From positions 25,358,001 to 25,422,000 of the forward strand of contig OX597825.1 in assembly GCA_951406725.2 (NCBI GenBank): a stretch of 64,000 nucleotides of DNA, given 5' to 3'. Within the stretch, counting starts at the first letter, position 1, and the number at the start of each line of letters is the position of its first letter. This DNA comes from Octopus vulgaris (lineage: Eukaryota). Below, in pieces: positions 28,269 through 42,755 of the stretch. The notes under the pieces are model-generated. The model was not told where the DNA came from. It was given only the letters and a program-made list of their open reading frames with translations, and searched no databases. The position numbers and the translations under genes were made by a program.

Positions 28269-28599
28269 TTTTAGTACTTTTGTTTAGTGCTACTGGATCA
28301 TTTGACGGTCAGGAGGTGATCAGAATAAAACCAAAATAGCATACCCGGGTTGACTTATGTAGCTAACAAAAAGGAAAAAAAGGAAAAAGAAGATAATATT
28401 AGTCTTTGAATATTAATTTTTCTTCTATGCGTATTTATTTCTAATTCTATTTTCATTGTACATGTATCAAGTAAATCGACACTAACTCAACAGTTGACTT
28501 TCAGGCAGTTGGTGCCTCTATTCTTTAAAAAATTTTTAACCACTTATATTTTTCAACCCCAATAATTATGCAGTTTTGTACATTTAGTAAACGGTTCTC

Positions 28600-29910
28600 T
28601 TATTAGTACTTCTTTGTGCATGGCGAAAAATTCGCTTCACCGATGAGGTTAGAATAATATAAAAACGTTACCAAAGTTGTCTCTCATACTTCACTAATCT
28701 AATTTTTATCTTCACCGCATATTTAATTTAATTTAATGTTTTTCTTTTTGTATTCTTTCTATAACCAATAGGTTACTTAAATATACAGTCTACCGAATCG
28801 ATCCCGTATATGCTTGGTTGTTATTCATTGCTTAGTAATAAAATTACAAAACTACCTCAGCAATATTTGAACATACAGTTAGATTTAAGAGCGATTTGGC
28901 TTCTATTTCTAGCAGATCAAACGATGGTGTAGCAGCTCCAACGCTGGGAAATTTATAGAGAATCTGATTTACACCTAGATTAGCACCGATGTGGACTTGT
29001 GTATGTGTGTGTGAGTGTATGTGTGTGCATGTGCTTGCATGTATGTGAGTGTCAGTCTAGGCCAGAGGCAATTCGAGCTATTATGATGACCATTCTGCAG
29101 CGAAAATAAAATATCGGGAGACCGACACTCCTTGAACGGGATGCCGGTCCATCACGAGATTAATCCCAACTGCCGCTGGAACTTCTTTTCAGCTGAGTAA
29201 ACTAGAACGACATGAAATGAAATTCCTTGTCCAAGGAAACAATGCCCATCCCGAACGAATAGCCTTAAAATCGGGTGCCCAAAGCCTTAACAACTAGGCT
29301 ATGGGTACTACATATTTAATAAAACAACATGCGAGGTATGATAAATGTGCTCTCGGTGGGATTAGAACTCAGAATACAATATGATCTAACACGATACTTT
29401 GATCTAACAGTACTTTGCCCTCTTAGTGTAAGCTTCAGTGATGAAGTCAGAATAATACCGAAACATTCCCAGAGTTGTCTGCCTTACTTGAATTACTCAT
29501 TCACCAACGTAGTTTTGCTCTTCACCGCATATTCCTTTCCCCCAAAGTCTAATGATTGTATTGATTTCTTTCATAGGCCCAGGGTCGTCGACTGAGTATA
29601 TTTAGTTAGTGATTCCTTTGTAAATACTTCGGCTGGGACGCTGAAAGCTGTCCTTCACTGATGAAGTCAATTAAATCGAAACACGGCGAGTTGTTTTTCA
29701 TAATTTCTGAGTAAAGTAATGATAATTCATTAATTTATTTAATTTCTTCTTTCATCGTATATTTGATGCTGTGAAGGAAGGAACATAGCAATCCAGTACC
29801 TGACATGGTGTTTAATAAGTACTTCGACCGGAAAGACGAAAGCTGACTTTCACTGATGATGCCAGAGTAATATCGAAACATGTCGACCTGTTTTCATATC
29901 TACTAAAACA
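28600..29910 (+). repeat. Four diverged copies of a ~200-bp repeat with a hammerhead-like core (28600-28790, 29410-29600, 29620-29790, 29820-29910)
   Basis: Each has tacttc...ttca(C/G)(T/C)GATGA...GAAAC (AAAAC in copy 1)...(g)ttg; copy 4 has CTGATGA...GAAACATGTC. Confidence 0.55.
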
Positions 29911-30778
29911 AGAAAAAAAATTAAATGAGAAAATGTTAGGCGTAGGAGGGCTGTGTGGTAGGTGGCTTGCTTACTAACTACATGGTTCCGGGTTCAGTCC
30001 CACTGCGTGGCACCTTGGGCAAGTGTCTTTTACTATAGCCACGGGCCGACGAAAGCCTTGTGAGTGGAAAAGTGAAGGTAACCTAGGTGGGGCTTGAACC
30101 CAAAACGGACAGAACCAAAGCAAAAACTGAAATATAGGTTGTACGATGCTCTAACGACTGTCTATTCACTCACTAATTTCAATACAGTTGTTGAAAATAT
30201 AATCATATTCTTTTAATAATTTTGGCTTCGTGATAAATATCTGAACTCTATCGGTGTATGAGAAAATTAATGGCATGGAGATAAGGCCCCAAACAATTTG
30301 TATATGTAATTTGTGCATGTGTGTGAGTGAGTGTGTGTGTGTGTCTGTGTGTGTGTGTGTGTGTGTGTGGTATGCACACGCGTGTACACAGATATACGTA
30401 CATGCGCACATCCTCCATATATAATAAAATATTAAATTATCCCTGATTCATGCTGTCTTGTGCATAACACACGCATACATACACATACATACATACGTAT
30501 ATAAATACATTATTATGTAGCAAGGTTAAGTGAAAAGAACCACCAGCTAAATTTTAAATCGTAAACACTAAAGGTCTTTTATTAACGGTTATCAACAGAC
30601 TTAAACAGGTCAATAGGTTCGTCAATATTCAGTTGGAATTAATTTTGACCATTTTTATGAGTGAAGATTTCCTGGCCAAGATGTCTTAATATTACACGTT
30701 GGTCGCCTCAGCGATTTGCTCCGTGATACAGCCTATTAAATGTTTTTATAGCAACTTTCCAGAGTAAAATGTGATTCT

Positions 30779-30859
<81 letters not shown>

Positions 30860-30870
30860 ATATCTATCTG

Positions 30871-30904
<34 letters not shown>

Positions 30905-30962
30905 CTACCTACCTACCTACCTACCTACCTACCTACCTACCTACCTACCTACCTACCTATCA

Positions 30963-31029
<67 letters not shown>

Positions 31030-31399
31030 CATCTATATTGACTTGTTTAAACGAAAGCAATAATTGAGCAGTATCAAAATCAAAATCGTTCCAGTTATAG
31101 CCATCACGTCAGCACATCTTTTTCCAATATATATATTTACGACTGTATAAACCAACATATAAATTCTTTTTTAAGAGCAGTGCATGTATGATTTGAGAGA
31201 TCCGGCCTCTATTTCTAGCAAGTTAAGATACTACGTAGAAGCTCTGTATATGTTCTTTCACAGAATATATGCGTGTATGCTTGTGCATAGAACGGGTTTG
31301 CATCAGTGTCTTTTTTTGATAGCTTTGAGAATGACAGTGTTATCATCCGCGTGTGTGTGCGCGCGCGCTCGCACAGACACACACATATATATACGCATG

Positions 31400-31983
<584 letters not shown>

Positions 31984-31987
<4 letters not shown>

Positions 31988-32478
31988 GTCCCGAAATTAA
32001 AGCAACCGAAGTTTCAGGCTTTAATAACTCTCAGTAAATGTGATAAGATATGAAAATTATTCATCATTATAAACGCTTTGTGTGTCTTTTTGTTTCAGAC
32101 TAGATAATTTCAGATTTATTAATGATAATGGCTATAGAGCAAAATATAATCATTAAAGGAGGCGAAAGTAATACAGCTATAGCAGAAAGGCTTAAAATTA
32201 ACCGAACAACAATCTTGAAAATTGTCAAGAAATTTCAAGAGACTGATTCCTCCGCTCATCGACCTGGACGCGGTCGAAAAAGAAATGCATGGACCCCTCA
32301 GCTTGTCAAAAGTACCAGAGAAAAAATACGGTGAAATCCTGGTCGTTGGTCAGAAAAACTGGCTGCCGCAACAAAAATAAGTCGAACGTCGTTGTATCGA
32401 GCGCTGAAGGAGGATCTCAGATCCCACCCCTACAAGATGGTCCGTCGACATGAGATCACGCAAGTTTATAAGGCCAAA
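31984..32478 (+). mobile_element. 5' fragment of a Tc1/mariner-superfamily element (maT/DD37D-like N-terminus)
   Basis: (TA)n|agggtgtcccgaaatt terminus. Translation AIAERLKINRTTILKIVKKFQETDSSAHRPGRGRKR...IR*NPGRWSEKLA..ISRTSLYRALKEDLRSHPYK. The catalytic domain is absent, so the subfamily is inferred. Confidence 0.7.
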
Positions 32479-32696
32479 GGCGACTCTGACAGGAGTTTCT
32501 CGCTTAAAAGCGGTTTTCAAACGGATGTTGAAAACCGCTTTTAAGCAAGAAAATCCTATCAGTCACCTTTTGTAAACTTATAAACATCTAATTATTAAAG
32601 TGGAAAAATTGTCAGAAAAGCTGTTTCTATTCATTTTTTTAAAGTATATTATACTGTACCAAGGATTTTTTTACTTCTTATTCTACTAATAGGACG

Positions 32697-32784
<88 letters not shown>

Positions 32785-32794
<10 letters not shown>

Positions 32795-33010
32795 TTAATC
32801 CAAACATGAAAACACACAAAAAGAAAACACAACGCGAGGACGTGGAACAAGTATAGTATTATTGGACGCTCAGGAAAGAAAAGAAAGAAGGAGGATCTAA
32901 CGTTTCGAGCGGAGCTCTTCGTCAGAACGATAGGAAAAAGAAAGGTCCAAGGAAGGGAAGACGGAGGAAAAAAAATCGCCAACGATACACACGCGGTCAC
33001 ATATTGAATA
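32785..33010 (-). mobile_element. Family H repeat, copy 3; hammerhead at 32895-32929
   Basis: Minus strand reads cguu-CUGACGA-a-gagc-ucc-gcuc-GAAA-cg-UU-agau; TA-rich flanks on both sides. Confidence 0.75.
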
Positions 33011-33049
33011 TATATGTATTATATATATACTACAGCTATATTAGCTATA

Positions 33050-33495
33050 TAGGTGTAGGCGTGGCTGTATAGTAAGAAGTTTGCTTCCCAACCACATGGT
33101 TTCGGGTTCAATGTCACTGCGTGATATCTTGGGTAAGTGTCTTCTACTATAGTCTCAGGCCAACCAAAGACTTGTGAGTGGATTTGATAGATGGAAACTA
33201 AAAGAAGCCTGTCTTATGTCTATGTCACTCTTTCTCTCTCTCTATACACACACACATATATATATACAAGTTTCTTAAATATATAAGAGTGTGTGTATTT
33301 ATGTGTGTTTCTCTTCACCACCCCTTGACAACCAATGTTGGTGTGCTTACGTTTCGTATCCTAGCAGTTCGGCAATAGAGACCGATAGAGTTAGTCCAAG
33401 GCTTAAAAAAAATCAATACAGGGGCCGATTCGTTCGACTAAAATTCTTGAAGGTGGTACCCTAGCGTAACTGCAGTCTAAAGACTGAAACAAGAC
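33050..33495 (+). mobile_element. SINE family B, diverged
   Basis: Homology to family B throughout. Confidence 0.8.
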
Positions 33496-34002
33496 AAAAT
33501 ATTCATACATAAAATGTGTATGTGTGTGTGCACTTGTATGCATGATGGCAGTTGGCACGATTTCAGGCGTGACCTTTCTCTTATCTGCGTCAATCCCCTT
33601 TTACAAGATGTTCTCTGGAACCCACCAAGAAACAGCACTTTTTTTGTTCTACACCCACCATTTACGAAGATTTGTGTGTGAACCTCTGGTTTAATAAAAC
33701 TATACACCTCACCACGAACCACCATCAACAAAATACAAAAGACCTGAAAATAGCCTCGCTAAAAGTGGAAGAAATTGCATGTGAAGGACATAGCAGCATA
33801 AGGTATCTGTACGTGAACATATTCCGAGTGAATTGTTCATGCACTGCACGCAAACCAGCTGTTTTTAGTAAGGCAGACTCTTAGGTTTTGAGACTGGTTC
33901 ATCATATAGTATTCACGAACCTAGGTTGCCACAGGGGTATAGGGTGTCTCATCATTCACTAATTGCTATTGCAGCGCGCTCGTGCCTGCTTTCAGCATTG
34001 TT

Positions 34003-34181
34003 TTCGTCTGTCGCTACGTTCTGAGTTCAAATTTCGCCGAAGTCGACTTTGCCTTTCATCCTTTCGGGGTCGATAAATAAAGTACCAGTTACGCACTGGG
34101 GTCGATGTAGTTGACTTAATCCCTTTGTCTGTCTTTGTTTGTCCCCTCTATGTTTAGCCCCTTGTGGGCAATAAAGAAATA
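34003..34181 (+). mobile_element. SINE family A, 5'-truncated
   Basis: Body and tail match family A. Confidence 0.8.
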
Positions 34182-34506
34182 TATATCTACTCCTACTATT
34201 CCTAGGTACACGTAAACATCTTGCTGGATGATTCTATACATTTGAAAAACCCTGTTCTTGTTATTCTTTTTGTTTTTCTGTCGAGTTTCTAAGCCTGGTT
34301 AGTAGGAATGTCGGTTTAATTAAACACGATCCCATCATGTAACTGGCTGTCCTGGACTATATGCTACCAGTAGCTCTAAAAGCGACCCCACCTCTCTCTC
34401 TCTCACACACACACACGCTTACTCCAGACAGACGCACACGAACAGGCGCACATATAGACACACATACAAACAGACAAATACGCACACACACTTACACACA
34501 AATAAC

Positions 34507-35250
34507 TGGCGTGCCGTCGGTTACGATGAGGAGGGTTCTAGTTGATCCGATCAACGGAACAGCCTGCTCGTGAAATTAATATACAAGTGGCCGAGCACTC
34601 CATAGACACGCATACTTTTAACGTAGTTCTCAGGGAGATTCAGCGTGACACAGAATGTGACAAGGTAGGCCATTTTAATTATAGGTACTATTCATTTTTG
34701 GATCGCAATGTTGGAAAACAACCAAAAGTATTGAAAAGAAATTTGAGGTGTTTCAAAATAAATGTGTAGGAAAAATTTTGAAGGTCTACTGGCCGAATAT
34801 GATCCCGATTAGCCAACTACACACTAAGGCTAATGTGAAACCAATAAGAGAAACTATTGAAGCAAGGAGATGGAAATGGCTGGGTCGAGTTTGTCGCTAT
34901 AAATCGAACTCAATTGTCAGGATCGCTATGCAATGGGTTCCTCAAGGTAAAAGAAGACACGGTCGACCAAAGGAAACATGGCGGAGAACAATATCAAAAG
35001 ATCTTAAAAGCAGAGGGTTAATAATGGAACGAGCTGTCAAGGACGGTTTCTGTTTTAGAAGGTGGAATGATCTTGCTGTCGCTTCAGGTTCCATAAGGAA
35101 CAATGAGAACCGAATAAATGAATATGAATGATTCTTTCTTTGCCAACTGAGTGGATTGGAGCAACGTGAAATAACGCACTGTCGGGAATCGAGCTCACGA
35201 CCTTAGGATCATGAGACGAATACCTTAACCACGAAGCTCTGTGCCTTCAC
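34507..35250 (-). mobile_element. SINE family C (head H2 + tail T1) split by a LINE fragment
   Basis: Tail T1 at 34507-34700 and head at 35140-35250. Confidence 0.75.
34701..35131 (+). mobile_element. 3' fragment of an RTE-clade non-LTR retrotransposon
   Basis: FQNKCVGKILKVYWPN...RRWKWLGRVCR...AMQWVPQGKRRHGRPKETWRRT is a typical RTE post-RT C-terminus; short gaat-repeat tail. Confidence 0.8.
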
Positions 35251-35302
35251 CATACACACAAATAGACACACACGAACAGCCATATACATACGCAAGCACA
35301 AG

Positions 35303-35354
<52 letters not shown>

Positions 35355-35894
35355 AGAAACGCGCACACACGAGCAGCATTATGTACATATGAGCACTATC
35401 ATACTGCAGATAAAGTCTTCAATGAAAAGCTCCAATGACATTTTTTTGCATTAAGCCAAGATTAATAGAGAAATCTTCAATATTGATTTTATTAAAATGT
35501 TAAAACGAGAGTATCATTTATTTCCTTATTAATAGCATTGCCGATTATCAAACAGTGTGTCTCGAGATTCACGTATGCCACATTTCTGTCAATTATGACT
35601 GTTAATTCTACTCCCAACGCTCTACTTAATACCGATTAGGCTCCTTTGAGCCCTAAGTGGGGTTTTTAAATGCTGGAATATAAACAATACACATTCTAAA
35701 TGATGGATGTTTATGACAGACCCTTTGCTCTTTTTTATGGAATAATTTTTCTGTATTTACATTTAATTCAATTTGGCTTCTTCTACTGGAAGAGCGGGAA
35801 GAGATGTTAACGATAAAGGAAGTAGCAGTGAGTAACCCCTTGCTATCGAAAAAAAAAAAAGAAGGCGAAATAGTTTTCTAATGCATATTCTATC

Positions 35895-36360
35895 TTTTTC
35901 TTGTTTCTGTCATTGGACTGTGGCCATGCTGGGGCATCACCTTGAAAGGTTTAGTCGAACAAATCGACCCCAGTACGCATTATTTTTAAAGTCTGGGATT
36001 TATTCATTCAGTCTCTTTCGCAGAACCGCTATGATACGGGGATGTAAACAAACAAACACCGGATGTCAAGCCTCGGTGGTGGAGGACAAGTATAAACACA
36101 AAGAGAGACACATACATGCATGCATGCATACATACATAATACATACATACATAGTACATACATACATACGTACATACATACATACAAACATACATTCATA
36201 CTTACATAGTTATACATACATATATACTTATACGTAATACATCCATACATACAATTTTTACAATGGGCTTCCATACACTTTCGGTCCGCCAAATTCACCA
36301 GAAGGCATTGGAAAGTCCTGGTCTATAAAAGTAAGTCGCCCAAGGTGCCATTCAGTGGGA
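35895..36360 (-). mobile_element. SINE family B, diverged
   Basis: Homology to family B. Confidence 0.75.
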
Positions 36361-36506
36361 GTGCACTATCACGACTGGCCCTGAAAATAAATTTAAAAAT
36401 AAATGCATATGCAGAAACCACCCTCACAAACAAAGTTACAACTAGACATCCTTAAGCACAAACTTGGAAGACTACAATAACAGTGTCACCACCACCACCA
36501 CACAAT

Positions 36507-36930
36507 AAAAGGAGTGTGACGGAGATATGTCACAAAAACGATGAAATAAGTGTAACGGAGGTATGTTACAAAAATGATGAAAGAAGCGTGACGGAGGTAT
36601 GTTACAAAAACGAAGAAGTGTGATGGAGGTATGTCACAAAAATGATGAAAGAAGTGTGATAGAGGTATGTCACAAAGATGAAAGAAATGTGAAGGAGGTA
36701 TATCACAAAAACGATGAAAGAAGTGTGATAGAGGTATGTCACAAAGATGAAAGAAATGTGAAGGAGGTATATCACAAAAACGATTAAAGAAGTGTGACGG
36801 TGGTATATCACAAAAGGGGTACAATAATAACGTGACAGAGCTGTGTCACAAAAGGGGTACAATAAAAACGTGACAGAGGTATGTCTCAAAAGGGGTACAA
36901 TAGAAACGTGACAGAGGTGTATCACAAAAG
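36507..36930. repeat. Minisatellite, 12 units of ~32-40 bp with a palindromic core TGTGAC-N8-GTCACA
   Basis: Consensus aagaagtgtgacggaggtatgtcacaaaaacgatga. Confidence 0.9.
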
Positions 36931-37631
36931 CGATCTCATTTACGCTCGAGGAATTTATTTAAGAATGGGTAAGGAGATAGGTGATATATGTCTATTTAGC
37001 GAAGGCCAGAGGGAGAATTCATATGCTCTGAAAAGAATATCTAGAAATCACGAAGATCTGCCCAGAATGCTAGAATGGAGGTTTCTTCCTCGACTCACAC
37101 AGTTTCATTGTGATATGCGGGGAAAACAATCGGCTGCTTTTTTCGGTGTTTGATATGGGGAACATTAAAGAAATATGATGAGAGTGCCAATACTAGGAGC
37201 ACCCGTAGGACTGTGCTTCAGGTGATGCTGAGTCATCAAAGGACTCAGTGAACCCCTTAAATGCTTACCGATGCATTTTATGTCTACTTTTATCAAAATA
37301 ATGAGTGTTAAGTGAGAAGAGTCGATTGTTGCTCTGGATTGCCCGTAGGAAAACACAAGGGTTTTGATTAGGGACATCGGCAACTATGTTTATCTCTAGC
37401 TTGTTTTGATATTTGTATGGGCGGGAGGTCAATGATGGAGCTGCGAGAGGCGATATGTAGTCAGAAAAGGTCAGAATAAACTGAAAAAATCGTCATGAAC
37501 AGTTAAGCGTAAGGCACAAAAACATACAAGAGCTATGAAGGTGTAGAAACGAAGAGTAGCAAAGAGCAAAAAACATTGTTGTTAATATGTGGAAGAAAGG
37601 ATCATAAGAGGACTTTTGGTTTGGAAATTAT

Positions 37632-38160
37632 GGATGAAAGGCCGAGAGGCAAAGTCGACCTTGGCGTAATTTGAACTCAGAACGCGAAGTCGGAAGAAAT
37701 ATTCCTAAGCATTTTGTCCGGCGTGCTAACGTTTCTTATTTATTTATTGCCCGCAAGGGGCCAAACAAGGACAGACAAACGGATTAAGTCGATTACATCG
37801 ACCCCAGTGCGTAACTGGTACTTAGTTTATCGACCCCGAAAGGATGAAAGGCAAAGTCGACCTCGGCGGAATTTGAATTCAGAACGCAGCGGAAGACGAA
37901 ATACTGCTAAGCATTACGCCCGGCGTGCTAACGTTTCTGGCAGCTCAGCACCTTAGCATTTGTGAAAATAATGGTTTCAAATTTTGACACAAGGCCAGTA
38001 ATTCCGAGGATTTCGGGGGATGTGTTGAATCGACTACATAGACCCCAGTCCGCAACTGGTTCTTATATTATCGACCGCGAAAAGATGAAAGGCAAAGTCG
38101 ACCACGGCGTAATTTGAGCTTAGAACGGCGCTCTAACAGTTCTGCCACTCACCACCTTAA
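37632..38160 (-). mobile_element. Cluster of SINE family A copies
   Basis: Three consecutive bodies with aaggcaaagtcgacc motifs. Confidence 0.75.
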
Positions 38161-38644
38161 TGTTGGTGGAAATAATATCAGAATATTGTCACAAGTTAAG
38201 CAGGTGTGACCAGAAAATATGAGGTGAGTTTTTTTTGTCCCTTCCCACACATGCGGTATTAAGTAGCTCTTTCGCGTACACCAAATCCCAATATAAATAG
38301 AAGCAGGCGGTAGCGACTAGGTGCACTTTAACATGACCTAACTGTGGGCTTTCGCTCATTCGTGGGTGAACAACTCTAAATACTTCTGTAGTTACTTTCG
38401 TAACTGATAACTTGTTTTATTTATTATGTTTTCTCTCTGTAATTATTTCTGTCCTTAGTTTTGTTCCTGACCCACTCCAATCGTTTATAACTTTATGTAA
38501 ATGTTTTGTTCATCTCCACACGTTTTTCTCACCATAACTAGTTTTTATGTTTCGCATAATTATATGTATGAATGAAATTGAATTTAAGTGCCTTCAAAGG
38601 CCCAAATAAATGAAATTCTTCTTCTTCTTCTTCTTCTTCTTCTT

Positions 38645-38706
<62 letters not shown>

Positions 38707-38720
38707 CATTATTATTATTA

Positions 38721-38759
<39 letters not shown>

Positions 38760-38934
38760 GCAGTATTTCACCCGTCGTTACGTTCTGAGCTCAAATCCCG
38801 CCGAGGTCGACTTTTTTTCATCCTTTCGGGGTCGATAAATTAAGTACCAGTTGCGTATTGGGATCGAGCTAATCGACTGGCCCGTTCCTCCAAAATTTCG
38901 GGCCTTGTGCCTAGAGTAAAGATTCTTCTTCTTC

Positions 38935-38966
<32 letters not shown>

Positions 38967-39669
38967 CTTCTTCTTCTTCTTCTTCTTCTTCTTCTTCTTC
39001 TTCTTCTTCTTCTTCTTCTTCTTCTTCTTCTTCTTCTTCTTCTTCTTCTTCTTCTTCTTCTTCTTCTTCTTCACTGTGGACAAATAAAAACGTGTGTTTC
39101 TTATTCGATCAGAAAAGAAAAGAGGGCTATACCAATTATAGAAACCTTCCCATAGTCTGGAGTTTCCACTTACAAGCAGACGTTCTCAAAAAGAAAGAAA
39201 ACAACAAAGAAACAAAACAAACAAACAAAAAAGCCAACAAATCAAAAAGCAAACGAAAAAATCCAACAGAGAAAAAAATATAAAAAAAAGCTATAAAAAT
39301 ACACCTGATACGAAAGTGGCCTTCAACTTTGCTGGCCTTGTACCTAAATAAGAGGCCATTGTTATCTATTTATTTTGTATTTAATGTAATTAAATCCAGT
39401 ACTGCTTCTGAAAGCACAACAACTATTTTCACTAGCCGCAAAATCAAAAGCATTGCCGCACTTTTTATTATCTCTAGATGGCTGTTTTGGTGATCAGAAT
39501 AAAAGGCGGCAGACAGAGGACTTCGCTCGGATGAGGAAAATATTAATATTTATCAAAAGCATTAATATTTATAGAAAATATTAATATTCATATAATCGTC
39601 AATGCAAGAGAAGAACAGAAACGCCCACACAGTGGGTTATAGCAATTGCAAATATAGTTGCAACGATAA

Positions 39670-40700
39670 TAGTTATAAGAGATTGAAGTAAAAATGTGCA
39701 GCACAGTATTGCATGAATAAATCGTCGATTAAAATAAGAAATCGCTTGTTTCGCCATTATGAATATCTTAGTTTGATGCAAAAACTTTGAAGCCAGGACG
39801 TCGGGTTTTAGATGAAACGAAGGGTTGATGATCCCGTAAATGATCATCAAAAATACATAACCAGGGAACCTCTGTGCTTGATCTGCTAGAGATAATTGGC
39901 TCACCACTGAGCGCCCTGGGAATAAATCTTGCACAAATCTTACACAAGTTCAATCTTCATGAATAGTTCTGTGTATAGTTGCCATAAGTGGAAGCACATG
40001 GACTAGTGGTTAGAGCTGCGGACTCGTGCTCGAGGGATCGCGGGTTCGAATCTCAGACTGGGCGATGTGTGTGTTTATGAGCGAAACACATAAGCTCCAT
40101 GCGGCTCCGGAAGAAGGTAATGGCGAACTTCTGCTGACTCTTTCGCCACAACTTTCTCTCACTCTTTCCTCCCGCATCTTGCAGCTCACCAGCGACGGAC
40201 CGTCGTCCCGTCGTTCCGTCCAGGTGGGGAACCTATACGCCAAGGAAACCGGTAAACCGGCCCTTATGAGCCAAGCAGGGCTCGAGAAGGAACAAACAAC
40301 ACCAACATAGTTACCATACCGACTCCAAACTGTAAGCTTATTGTTTTTATTGGCACACGACAATCCTCAACCAGATAACTGCGAATTTCCTCAACAAGTT
40401 TTGCTCTTCTGATGTTCGTCTCTCTCCCACACCACTCGTAATCTCTTACTGCTTTTCTGCCATCCTTGAACTTCTTGTTTCAGCGAAGAAACTAATCTAT
40501 TAGCAGTATGGAACGTTTCATATGTTTCTGTAGCGTTTTTTGCACAGTCTAACACAAGATTTTGTTTCATAGCGAGTTTCCAAACACCCTGATTGCATTC
40601 TGCGATGAGCAGTGTTGAGCTGGGAGTGCTCTAAATGCTATTACAACCGTCTCCTTTAATCTGGAATAACAAAAGTTGGCATGTCAGTTTATTAGATACA
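39670..40700 (-). mobile_element. Decayed mariner element (transposase N-terminus) interrupted by a SINE
   Basis: Minus-strand remnants KNATETY, KKFKDGR, LVEEIRSYLVEDCRVPIKTISLQFGVG, NLCKICARFIPRAL. Boundaries approximate. Confidence 0.65.
39988..40306 (+). mobile_element. tRNA-derived SINE family C (H1 + T2) with 12-bp TSD
   Basis: TSD atagtt(g/a)ccata at 39975-39986 and 40307-40318. Confidence 0.88.
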
Positions 40701-40707
40701 TAATAAA

Positions 40708-41243
40708 TCTATAATAATAAAAGAAACATTCTGTCTGTCCGTCTGGGACCCCTGTATCTCAGCCTACATAGACATATTATACCTTTTTTGAATCAGAATG
40801 ATACCGAGATTGAAAATCTTTCCGTTATTTAGTTCTTGAACATCCACCATTGGAATATGATTTAAAAGCATTTGGGTTGCTATTTCTAGCAGGTAAAGTT
40901 TGGCTGATTCACGCCATCGTGGTGGTATTTGTCAGATGACGTCAGAGATCAAGGGGGAGATAAATGACATTTGCTTCGTTACTTTTACGTCGAGATAAGA
41001 ACTTTGAGACAAATTGATCAACGGCTGGAATTCAAATTGGGACTGTAACAATAGAATGATTACATTTGTTGAATTAATTCTCCTCTGCCCTTAACCTCTG
41101 ATCAACTACCACCAGGGCTTATAGTCATTATAGGCGTATTATAGTCAAGCTATTTAGCTCTCTTCAGTTTTGGGCCACAGACCCAATTAGCTCTCCGCAG
41201 GAACTAACTTAAAAGTCCGCACGGAGTGCAGCTTTTAAGCTAG
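40708..41243 (+). mobile_element. Non-autonomous Helitron
   Basis: A|TCTATAATAATAAAAG 5' end followed by (gtct)n; subterminal hairpin gcac-gga-gtgc; CTAG|T 3' end; no TSD. Confidence 0.75.
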
Positions 41244-42203
41244 TAATAAGCTAAAATTATGATTTCAGTATATTATTATTACATTACACTTTTAACTGCG
41301 TCTCCTAAAAAAAGTTTCAACACTTCTGAAATGCTCCTCGTACCTATATCATATACCCCCCACACACACTCTATACCACTGAGTACTGCATAAATCTGAA
41401 GTGCACGATATTTCAGGATTTGTACAAGCTTTGTCTATATGTGCTTTAGAGGAAATGCAGAACTCTCTAATATAAGAGAGGAAAATCCGATCCCTTTCTT
41501 TGTCGTTCATGTCAGTTGTGTAACAAAATCATAACAGGACTAGATGCGCCCAAAATTACCATAAGGAGAGAAAGAATAAGAAACAATACATCTGCTATAG
41601 AAGCAGAAAAATGTAATTAGAAATAGCTAGACTAAAACAAGAAGGGCTGCAACAACGACAAGGGGAATAATCGATCACATCAACCCCAAAATTCAACTTG
41701 AGTTCGGAAGAATGGAAGGCAGAGCCGACCTCAACGGTATTTCGATGTAGAGAGCCGAAAGAACTGCTACTAAGCATTTTGTCTGATTGTTTCAAGTTTT
41801 GGCACCTGGCCAGCAATTTTAGAGGAGGGGAATAATCGATTACATCGACCTCAGAACGCAACTGGTACTTATTTTATCGACCCCGAATGGCAAAGTCGAC
41901 CTAAGCAGAATTTGAAAGAACGTAAAATATCGGAAGAAATGCCGACAATTCTGCCAGCTCTCTGTTTCAATGCGCACATTGATATTATATTATCAAATAT
42001 AAAAAATGTACAAATACGACAGAGATCAAAGGGTATGGTTGATGTTGTGGCGGTTATACATATTTGTTTGGAGTTGGGGTTAATGTAAAGCGATGCTCGT
42101 ATCGTGTTGTTACCAATCAGAGACATTACACTGTGTGGGAAGCTCCTCCTACGGCTTGGCTAATGCCAGACACGACTGACATTTCGACTTCTGACGGTGA
42201 TCA

Positions 42204-42204
42204 T

Positions 42205-42253
<49 letters not shown>

Positions 42254-42755
42254 GACTACTACCAACACCACCACCACCACCACCACCACCACCACCACCA
42301 TCAACACCACCACTACTATTATTACTACCACCACCACCACCATCACCACCACCACTACTACTACTCCTACTACTACTATTACTACCACCACCACCATCAC
42401 CACCACCACTACTACTACTACTACTACCAACATCACCACCACCACTACTACTACCACCACCACCACCACCACCACCACTACTACTACTACCACTACTATT
42501 ACTAGTACCATCATTCCGACCACCGCCATCGCTACTACTACTACTACAATCACCCCGACCATCATCGCCACCATAACCACCGCCGCCCCTACTATTCCAC
42601 CGTCATCACCATCATGACCAATATCAATACCATCCCTCCTCCTCCTCCGCCCCCGCCGCCGCCGCCGCCACCATCACCACCACCATAATCACCACCACCA
42701 CCACCACCACCACCACCACCTCCACCACCACCAGTACCATCAGCACCAACACCAC
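42204..42755. repeat. (CTA)n/(CCA)n trinucleotide low-complexity tract
   Basis: Direct reading. Confidence 0.9.

Noticed and set aside
38187-38540. Possible solo LTR (TGT start, TATAAA)
   Set aside because: No clear CA terminus or TSD.
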